Translations under genes and position numbers: made by a program | Assembly: GCF_006345805.1 (NCBI RefSeq) | Contig: NC_042999.1 | Location: 31,620,001 to 31,684,000 of the forward strand | DNA: 64,000 nt | DNA from: Octopus sinensis | Taxonomy: Eukaryota | Direction: 5' to 3' | Shown: piece after piece, positions 54,978 through 64,000 of the stretch | Layout: the number at the start of each line of letters is the position of its first letter | Numbering within the stretch: the first letter of the stretch is position 1 | The notes under the pieces: generated by a model | Databases searched by the model: none | What the model saw: the letters and a program-made list of their open reading frames with translations, nothing else | What the model was told of the DNA's origin: nothing

Positions 54978-56669
54978 ATATATATTACTGTTTGATATTC
55001 ATGTAAAATTATTATAGCATTGACAACTTTTATATTGAAAATAGTTCAAAAATATCAGTAAAGAATAACTCGTTATTTTCACTAGAGTACACACACACTG
55101 TGTTTTAGTGGCGTAGATGTAATAGGCAAATATTTGTTTAATAACTAAATAATTGACATCACTCCACTTCAGCTGAAAACCATTACGGGCACTTAAATGT
55201 AGAACGATTCCGAAAATACGTCATATCCGGGTCGCATCGAACAATAAATTTTGTCCGCGCTTGTTTTGTAGATAATTCGGAAATATATTCTTATTGTTCT
55301 CGAAATGATGTTCTATGTTCATTTTATATTTTTAAAAATAAAATATGAAATTCAGTTTCGCTTTTATGTGAAATGAATTTTTGCATGTGTAGAAATTACG
55401 GTGGGATTTTAAGGTGACTTTATCGCGTTTTCTAGCAGGAAGGATGATTACGCATAAACAATCTTACTAGTTCTGCTTGCTTTAATCATTATCTGTTAAA
55501 CTAGCGCTATCATTTCACAACTTATTCCCAATATGATGTTATGTGATGCGCACTGCATTCGCTTCTGGACTCCCAAATCAAATTCATCGCAGATCTAGTC
55601 TCATTTATATAATATAATACTCTATACATTTAACTCAAAGATTTGTAAAACCCGCAATAATCAATTTTCCCTTATTATAAAACTAAGAGCTCTCAGTCGC
55701 CTGACAATTATTTTTGTGTACATAAGTTCTTCTGAAGCCTCCAACCAGTAGATAGAGAAAGAATATTTGATCTGTTGCGCTTAGTCTACTAAAAACAGCA
55801 GCCAACGTTTGATATAGAAGGAGAAATTGCATGTGAAATACTGTAATGCTAGGAATAATATTTGCGGACAAATGTTTGTACAAATAACAGAAAGTTCATG
55901 TCTGGAACAGCATTGTCTGCAAGTCAATTCGATTTGATCTCAGCTGAAGCTAAGTAACAGTAGCAAGAAAAATGAAGCAACACCTATTACAACAACAAGT
56001 GCAACAACAACATAAACTAGCAGTTAAACTATCAATGGCAATAATAGCGGCGCAGAAAGCAACGTTATAATTACGCTGATAATTAATATAGCAGTATAAT
56101 AGCTTCAACTCGTTAAACCGTTTCAGTTATTACAACATCTTAGGATTTCATAGCTGAAATTCGTATGCCATGTGACTGTGAGTTGCCAGGTCAGTGCAAT
56201 AAATACGTACTTATCTACTAACCGTTGCCGCGTCGCAAATAACCGAGATATCATTAGGATATCTAAATTACACAACCAGGGTTCTTACTATGCACAGATG
56301 AATTTTTTTATAATGGCAAGAAAATGAATATGAAATGAATTGGTACGCATTTGTTAGATAAGAAATATAAAGAGAAAAACAGGAAAGGCAGTCTGTTAAA
56401 TATTGTTTATTGGCTTCAAGTATCACATTCACTAATCTTACTAATTCATTCACAGGCAGCCGGGGTCCTTAAGCTGATTGCTACATAGCTTATTCATTCT
56501 TTCTTTCATTCTTTCTTTCTCTATCTCTCTCTCCCCCCTCTCTCTCTCTGTATATATATATATATATACAAAAAGGGAAATAATATAGATTACTACCAGT
56601 GTCTCAGCACAAAAGACGAATTAGTCATTAGACAAAATATTATGCATATAGAAAATATATCATTCATGT

Positions 56670-56715
56670 AGAAATATAATTAAGGGCTCCTTATTTAGGA
56701 GCCCTTAATTATATT

Positions 56716-56718
<3 letters not shown>
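56670..56718. repeat. Perfect 22-bp inverted repeat with a 5-nt loop
   Basis: AGAAATATAATTAAGGGCTCCT-tattt-AGGAGCCCTTAATTATATTTCT. Confidence 0.95.
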
Positions 56719-56746
<28 letters not shown>

Positions 56747-56959
56747 TGTAGATAGTATAAATATAAGTTAGTATAAATATATATGTGCTAGTATAAATAT
56801 ATATTTATGTATACGTGCTATAAATATTCACACATATACACGCATACACGCATGCCACGTAAATATATACGTACAGACACAGACGCACGCACACCACGCA
56901 AATATATATATATATATATATATAATATATATATAATATATATATGTATATATATAGTA

Positions 56960-57018
<59 letters not shown>

Positions 57019-57212
57019 CTATATATTAAAATAATAAATATTAGGCAATAAATCCAAATTTACAGGGAAAAAAACCAGATTTCGGATTAAATCCAATTTT
57101 ATCGTAAAATATTATATAATATTATTAGAGACAAAACCACTATTTTTACAAAAACAAACAAGGAAAGACTAATCATACATAAAATTTTACATAAAAAAGT
57201 CAAAAAAAACCG

Positions 57213-57254
57213 CCACTACAATTGTTCTTGTCCTGATCGACAATCTTCAGGGGG
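57213..57254 (-). ncRNA. Hammerhead motif, one A short in GAAA
   Basis: cccc-CUGAAGA-uuguc-gaucag-gacaa-GAA-CAAUUG-UA-gugg. Perfect 5-bp stem II and palindromic stem III. Confidence 0.7.
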
Positions 57255-57468
57255 ACTTCCAATATATGAGATATTGGTGTGAGAGTAGTTGTATTTTTGT
57301 AATATGGGCCCTGGATTCTAACAGAATCACAATGTCTTGCGGGTACATGCAGAACCTTATTGATTGCCATCCTTTGTTCAGTGGACCATGGTAGCTTAAC
57401 ACCGTAGCACTGTAATTCTTGTCCTGACTGGACACATGAGCCACGTGGAATGGTATCTTCTGCGGCAT
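57247..57468 (-). pseudogene. CEP104: Truncated, intronless CEP104 N-terminus (68 homologous codons plus YWKSP*)
   Basis: MPQKIPFHVAHVSSQDKNYSATVLSYHGPLNKGWQSIRFCMYPQDIVILLESRAHITKIQLLSHQYLI aligns without gaps to the vertebrate CEP104 start as I recall it (MPHKIGF..SA..L..H.P...GW.S.RFC..PQEIV..R..I.K.QLL.HQY.I). No good splice donor follows, and a stop comes 5 codons later. Confidence 0.88.
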
Positions 57469-57566
57469 TGTCACTGCTCTTATGAGCAAAATGATTCAAA
57501 GTCTCTCAATGATTTACAGTCTTTCTTTGGTTTCACTTGAAGGGAGAGAGAAGGCTATTTGCTGCG

Positions 57567-57608
57567 TGACGTCATAGAGATAAAGATTCTCTTCCGCTGT
57601 CCGCCATT
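57567..57608 (-). promoter_or_regulatory. Cluster of promoter-like motifs (YY1-like AATGGCGG, ETS-like GCGGAAG, CRE TGACGTCA)
   Basis: Three CpG-containing motifs within 42 bp, ~100-140 bp upstream of the CEP104 ATG. Function is untested. Confidence 0.35.
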
Positions 57609-57951
57609 CTATAATATACGACACAGAACGTGTTATTTACCAAGGGTTGAAAAAGTAGTAGCATTATATATATATATATATAATACCACACATATATATA
57701 TATTATATATATTATATAATACACCACATATCAATATCTACCTGGGACCCCTAGCTTTTGTTAAAAATCATGCCCTATACAATGAATAGTGAGGTGAGAA
57801 TATCATGCCCGGTTGAATAGGAGGACGTCGTAGAAAGCATGGGAGCTACACACGAGAACCACAGCGAAGCCGACTACTGACTGCTGCTGGAATAACCTCA
57901 TGCACAAGAATTGCTAGCATTTTGCATGACCAACGCATTATATATATATAT

Positions 57952-58305
57952 GTGGCATCTTGGGCAAATGTCTTCTGCTTTAGCCCCGGGCCGACCAATG
58001 CCTTGTGAGTGGATTTGGTAGACGGAAACTGAAAGAAGCCTGTCGTATATATGTATATATATATGTGTATGTGTGTGTGTTTCTGTGTGTGTGTTTCTGT
58101 GTGTGTTTTTGTCCCCCTAGCATTGATGGACAACTGATGCTGGTGTGTTTACGTCCCCGTCACTTAGCAGTTCGACAAAAGAGAACGATAAAATATGTAC
58201 TGGGCTTACAAAGACTAAGTCCCGGGGTCGAGTTGCTCGACTAGAGGCGGTGATCCAACATGGCCGCAGTCAAATGACTGAAACAAGTAAAAGAGAGTAA
58301 AAGAG
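57952..58305 (+). mobile_element. OK-like SINE, 5'-truncated
   Basis: Matches the 22365 copy from GTGGCATCTTGGGCAA onward. Confidence 0.92.
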
Positions 58306-58327
58306 TGTATATATATATACACACACA

Positions 58328-58368
<41 letters not shown>

Positions 58369-58586
58369 TCAATATAGGGTGGCAAAAAAAATTTTGTAGA
58401 ATTTTTTTGCCACCAGCGGCCTAGTGGAAAAAATTAAATAGTCATAGACCATTTTTAAGTTCAACATCAACAATCAAGGAACGGCCATAATAGGCCATTC
58501 ACCCACTAGAAATAACAGCCAAAGCTTCAACCGCAAAAAAGTCAATTCCGTAAACAGGAGAAAATTTTAAAAACATTTACCCTGTA

Positions 58587-58692
58587 ATTTCTTATACGAT
58601 GCACCGTTTCATCTGTTGTTAATGGTAAACTAACCTGATTAAATTAAATCAAGCCAATCTTCCATAGGCCCTCAGATTCTTCAGTAAGAAAT
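58587..58692 (-). ncRNA. Canonical type I hammerhead ribozyme, copy 1
   Basis: atttctta-CUGAAGA-aucug...cagau-GAAA-CGGUGCAUCG-UA-taagaaat. Confidence 0.92.
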
Positions 58693-59077
58693 AGCACAAG
58701 TCGGAACAGATATTTTCACGAGGCATTTCCGACCCTGCCAAGGTAATATCTGACCTAAAATTTTCAAATCATCGCACTCGCGCCAAATTTATCGGCAGCA
58801 AATAAATATAAGCCGTCGATTCCATTACGGAATTAACCAGAAAATTCATAATTAATCAATATAGGGTGGCAAAAAAAATTTTGTAGAATTTTTTTGCCAC
58901 CAGCGGCCTAGTGGGAAAAAATTAAATAGTCATAGACCATTTTTAAGTTCAACATCAACAATCAAGGAACGGCCATAATAGGCCATTCACCCACTAGAAA
59001 TAACAGCCAAAGCTTCAACCGCAAATAAAAGTCAATTCCGTAAACCAGGAGAAAATTTTAAAAACATTTACCCTGTA

Positions 59078-59184
59078 ATTTCTTATACGATGCACCGTTT
59101 CATCTGCTGTTTAATGGTAAACTAACCTGATTAAGTTAAATCAAGCCAATCTTCCATAGGCCCTCAGATTCTTCAGTAAGAAAT
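59078..59184 (-). ncRNA. Canonical type I hammerhead ribozyme, copy 2
   Basis: Same motif, 491 bp from copy 1. Confidence 0.92.
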
Positions 59185-59569
59185 AGCCACAAGTCGGAAC
59201 AGATATTTTCACGAGGCATTTCCGACCCTGCCAAGGTAATATCTGACCTAAAATTTTCAAATCATCGCACTCGCGCCAAATTTATCGGCAGCAAATAAAT
59301 ATAAGCCGTCGAACTTAAAAATGGTCTATGACTATTTAATTTTTTCCCACTAGGCCGCTGGTGGCAAAAAAATTCTACAAAATTTTTGTTCCCACCCTAT
59401 ATTGATTAATTATGAATTTTCTGGTTAATTCCGTAATGGAATCGACGGCTTATATTTATTTGCTGCCGATAAATTTGGCGCGAGTGCGATGATTTCAAAA
59501 TTTTAGGCCAGATATTACCTTGGCAAGGTCGGAAATGCCTCGTGAAAATATCTGTTCCGACTTGTGGCT

Positions 59570-59676
59570 ATTTCTTACTGAAGAATCTGAGGGCCTATGG
59601 AAGATTGGCTTGATTTAATTTAATCAGGTTAGTTTACCATTAAACAGCAGATGAAACGGTGCATCGTATAAGAAAT
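59570..59676 (+). ncRNA. Canonical type I hammerhead ribozyme, copy 3 (inverted unit)
   Basis: Same motif; GUA at 59666-59668. Confidence 0.92.
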
Positions 59677-59800
59677 TACAGGGTAAATGTTTTTTAAATT
59701 TTCTCCTGTTTACGGAATTGACTTTTATTTGCGGTTGAAGCTTTGGCTGTTATTTCTAGTGGGTGAATGGCCTATTATGGCCGTTCCTTGATTGTTGATA

Positions 59801-59835
<35 letters not shown>

Positions 59836-60190
59836 GCAAATGAGAAACTGGAGAGGATATAAAATCGACTTACATCAGCAGATGAACACTCCATTATATA
59901 TATTTATTCAGATGTATTCGATGAATAGACACACATGTAAGAGTGGTTCATATTGGGGAGTGGATAAAAAAACTGGTAACTGTATAAACAATGGTATGAA
60001 TACACATAAGCATATGGATACAAATGAGCAATTGAGCAAATGAGCAAACTAGCAAAAATCTAAATGTCCCTAGCACCTGACCTGCACGACCATGTGTGTA
60101 TTCATCCAATACATTTGAATAAAGACTTATAATGGAATGTTCACCGACTGATGTCTCTCGATTTTATATCGTCTCCGTTTTCTTATTTGG
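59836..60190. repeat. ~355-bp element with ~100-bp imperfect terminal inverted repeats
   Basis: CAAATGAGAAACTGGAGAGGATATAAAATCGA..CATCAG..TGAACA.TCCATTATA..TTTATTCA.ATGTATT.GATGAATA..CACACATG is mirrored at ~60091-60190. Confidence 0.8.
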
Positions 60191-60395
60191 TCTATAAGTC
60201 AAGGGTAAACCACTTTTTTTTTTTAACCCCAGCCCATATATAATACCTATTTACGAGATTTTCATGCAATAACTAGTACTTGCATATGAAAATATACTAT
60301 CGGGAGTATATTGGATAGTTACTATTTCTTGGTTGGTTTCTCAACCTCTAACTCGCACTCATATACATATGTGTCTATGTAAATATGTATATATA

Positions 60396-60486
<91 letters not shown>

Positions 60487-60526
60487 ATTTATATTATATA
60501 TATATATACATATATATTATATAAAT

Positions 60527-60575
<49 letters not shown>

Positions 60576-60591
60576 GTATATATATATATTT

Positions 60592-60633
<42 letters not shown>

Positions 60634-61461
60634 GCACACATTCACACACATATGTGTACAGTTATACACCAAAAGTAGTCTAAAACTTTGGTGCATTGAA
60701 GAGGAAAAGACTTCAGAGTTCGTCAGAGTTTCACATAGCTAACCTTCAGATATTCGTGCGTATCTTGAAGAATATTCATGGTAGGTAAATGTTTACAATC
60801 GGTGTGATCATAATTATTTATAACTACCAAATACCCGATTTTATAATACAGGTCGTTAATATTTTTCAATTTATCAGGAATCAGCCGAAAATGATTGAGC
60901 GTTGACTGAAAATCATATATAATTAAATCGAAATTAAACATTGAATACTATGTATTGCTTATGTACATTGAAACGGTGTAATATTTACAAAGTATGTTAA
61001 GCAAATCGCCCTCACAGAAACGAAATCTTTGAGAAAACTATTCGGGTGAATAGATAATTTGAAATTAAAATTTAAGAGAAGGGCCAATGCTCATTACTAA
61101 ACCAAATAAATAATAAATATCATAAGAAATACATGCATAAACCTGCTATGGAATAGGTGACGCACTGGGAATAGAGAGAAAACGAAACAGGGGATAAAGA
61201 GGAAAAGAGAAAAAAAGTGAGAAGTTATGGAATAGCGAAGATAAATAGAGAATAAAAAATGCTAAAGGAAAGGGAAATGTGAGAAAAGTTAAAAGACACT
61301 ATTACTTGCAATTCAGAATATGCATCAAATGTAGACAGAGAGTGCGGTAAGTACTTAGGCGATGTGTTAGCGATTATAAAACATCCAATAGATAGAGAAA
61401 TACTATTTACAAGGACTATTAGTTAGTGGAGAGTGTGAAAACTGAAAAAGAAAAAAATCCC

Positions 61462-61747
61462 CACAAAATGAATAAATGAGAAACGGAATTACAGATATAG
61501 AAATGAAAAAAAAAAATGCCAATCAGAATAGAACGGAACGAAATTCAATTTCGAAATATATAATCCTTTCTACTATAGGCAGAAGGCCTGAATTTTTTGG
61601 TTAGTTTAACGAAAAAATTCAGGCCTTCTGCCTATAGTAGAAAGGATTATATATTTCGAAATCGAATTTCGTTCCGTTATATTCTGATTGGCTTTTTTTT
61701 TTTCTTTTCTATATCTGTAAGTCCGTTTCTCATTTATTCATTTTGTG
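61462..61747. repeat. Near-perfect ~140-bp foldback (inverted duplication)
   Basis: 61462-61603 is the reverse complement of 61607-61747 with few mismatches. Confidence 0.95.
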
Positions 61748-61748
61748 T

Positions 61749-62270
61749 CAGTCGATTAGATCGACCGCACTACGGAATTGGTACTTAATTTATCGACCCC
61801 AAAAGAATGAATGGCAAAGTCGACCTCAGTGGAATTGGAACATAGCGGCAGACGAAGTACCTATTTATTTACTACCCACAAGGGGCTAAACAAAGAGAGG
61901 ACAAACAAGGACAGACAAACGGATTAAGTGGATTATATCGACCCCAGTGCGTAGCTGGTACTTATTTATTCGACCCCGGAAGTCAAAGTTGACCTCGTGG
62001 GAATTTGAACTCAGAACGTAAAGACAGACGAAATACCTATTTCTTTACTACCCACAAGGGGCTAACACAGAGGAGACAAACAAGGACAGACAGACGGATT
62101 AAGTCGATTATATCGACTCCTGTGCGTAACTGGTACTTAATTCATCGACCCCGAAGGTATGAAAGGCAAATTCGACTTCGGCGGAATTTGAACTCAGAAC
62201 GTAACGGCAGACGAAATACGACAACGCATTTCGCCCGGCGTACTAACGTTTCTGCCAGGACGCGCCCTTA
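61749..62270 (-). mobile_element. Three tandem tRNA-derived SINE copies (34418 family)
   Basis: Repeated ATCGACCCC..AAAGTCGACCTC..GAATTTGAACTCAGAACGTAA..CAGACGAA blocks. Confidence 0.88.
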
Positions 62271-63469
62271 AATTCGAAATATGTAATGACATGGGAAAAT
62301 ATAAATTTGAATATGTAATAATCAATAGTGCAAGAGTGATGCATGCAATTTCTATGTAATTCTATAAAAATTCATGAAATAATGTAGAATAATATAAAAT
62401 AATATAATGAACATTCATATAAATCATTTGGTGCTCGATAAAATCCCTCATGAAATAGAGGGAAAGAAATTCTTGAAATTAAACAAAACGTCCAAATTAC
62501 CGGTTGGAAGGAAACAATTCATGTTCAGAATTACGAAAATTGTGAAAATACATCCAATATATTCGGCTACATACTCAATAATTCTTTTAACTATCTCAGT
62601 CATATGAGAGTGGCCACGCTGGAGTACTAGCCTGAAGTACTTTGGTTCCAGGACTTAGCGCTAAAGCAAAGTATTTATTTTATCTAAACATTTGATGAAC
62701 CGCTAGATTACGGGCACGTAAAAGCACCAACGATAATTATCAACCGGTAACAGGTTGATACAATGACACACACATAAATACACGCACACATATACATGAC
62801 ACACACATAAATACACGCACACATATACATATACACATACACACACGCATATATAAATACACACATATATATAGATATATTCTACACATATGCTTAACTC
62901 TAGTCTTCACCATGACCACCACAATTATCGCCAAATCACTTTTACCTGTATTATCATTGTCATTATCATAGGATGTGAGTTAACATCATATGAGTACGAC
63001 TACTTTAACGTTGCCACCTTCAATTCAGCGTCATTACTAGTCGTTATCATCAAGGGCACTTATGTTTATAAATGAAAAAAAATATTAATTACTATTGCTT
63101 ATTAAATACTAGTCACAACTGATGATTAAGTACTAGACACCACTGGCAATCAATTAATACTTAACACTGACAATTAAGGTGTAATACTTCAGGTATTAAG
63201 TAATAATTACCACTGTTATTTTATTTATAATTACCAATGTCATTTTATTTATAATTACCACTTTTAATTTATTACCTCTGGTAATTTGGAAATAATTAGC
63301 ACTTTCAATTAAATAATTTATATTTTTCAATGATGAAAAATCCATCACTAGTAATATTTCAAGTGGTACTGCCACGAAATGAGTTTTGTTGACTGTTTAT
63401 TTTCGCCATCTTTCGAAAATATTGACATTCAAAATGAGAAGCAGTAGTATATGTTTTTTTATTTCTAGA

Positions 63470-63677
63470 GGGAGAACCGAGAGAATCGATAGCTCTTTGG
63501 ATGAAATACTGCCAAGCATTTCATTTGTCATTACATTCTGAGTTCCAATTCCTCCGAAGTCGAATGAACATTTTATCAATTTCGTGTATCGACAAATTAA
63601 GTAACAATTAATCTCTGGAGTCTATAAAATCTCACTCACTCAAATTTCAGGCCTTGTTCCTATTGCAGAAAGGATTC
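63470..63677 (+). mobile_element. Decayed SINE of the 34418 family
   Basis: TTCTGAGTTCCAATTCCTCCGAAGTCGA..AATTTCAGGCCTTG..AGAAAGGATT. Confidence 0.6.
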
Positions 63678-64000
63678 ATTTTGTTATGTCAACGAGCAAA
63701 AAATGGTGTCACTGAAAAGTAAGCGACTATCAAAAGTCTTGAATTGCATGGATTTGTAAAGTGAAACATATTCGAGGTCTGAAATATCAGTTGTTACAAT
63801 TTCAGATGGTATTATTTGACTTATTCTACATCGATTGCTATATTAAGAGTTAGTATAAGAGACCGGGTTGTTGATAAAAAATACAATGCAATTACGTAAG
63901 TGACCAGTTGACCGAATCATTAGGTGACTTCATACATTGAATATTTACTGTAATTTGCCGCAATATGTGAGTACAATAACACCATTTTCATTATTTCATG

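Larger units (their letters stand above)
57028..57940 (-). mobile_element. Hammerhead-bearing PLE pLTR-like element carrying a host-gene fragment
   Basis: The left ~110 bp is shared with 30826. Hammerhead motif at 57213-57254. (TA)n at both ends. The right boundary is inferred. Confidence 0.65.
58361..59798. mobile_element. Retrozyme-like hammerhead repeat, locus B: ~1.95 tandem units plus one inverted unit of ~490 bp
   Basis: ATAATTAATCAATATAGGGTGGC at 58361 and 58848. Orientation flips at ~59312. Both ends abut (TA)n. No ORF. Confidence 0.93.

Noticed and set aside
57200-57499. 99-aa ORF overlapping the CEP104 fragment
   Set aside because: It is an alternative frame of the CEP104-like sequence with no independent support.

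Overview
Very AT-rich, microsatellite-dense eukaryotic DNA with no intact multi-exon host gene that I can support. The tRNA-derived SINE families resemble the octopus OK and OR SINEs, which points to an octopus (coleoid cephalopod) intergenic or intronic region. Most long ORFs in the track are microsatellite artefacts. The real content is decayed mobile DNA: Penelope-like (PLE) RT and GIY-YIG fragments, R4/Dong and Tx1-like LINE fragments, mariner, maT, hAT, pogo and piggyBac-like DNA transposons, and many SINEs. The standout signal is a set of non-coding repeats carrying type I hammerhead ribozymes, mostly ending in (TA)n tracts. One is a ~490-bp retrozyme-like unit arranged as tandem plus inverted copies at two loci (13.5-14.1 kb and 58.4-59.8 kb), with canonical ribozymes that show a compensatory base-pair change. 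A second ~430-bp unit has the same architecture (43.6-44.2 kb). A third hammerhead-bearing element (57.0-57.9 kb) contains an intronless copy of the first 68 codons of the ciliary gene CEP104, and that reading frame stops inside the ribozyme core. All family assignments and folds were made by eye, with no database searches.
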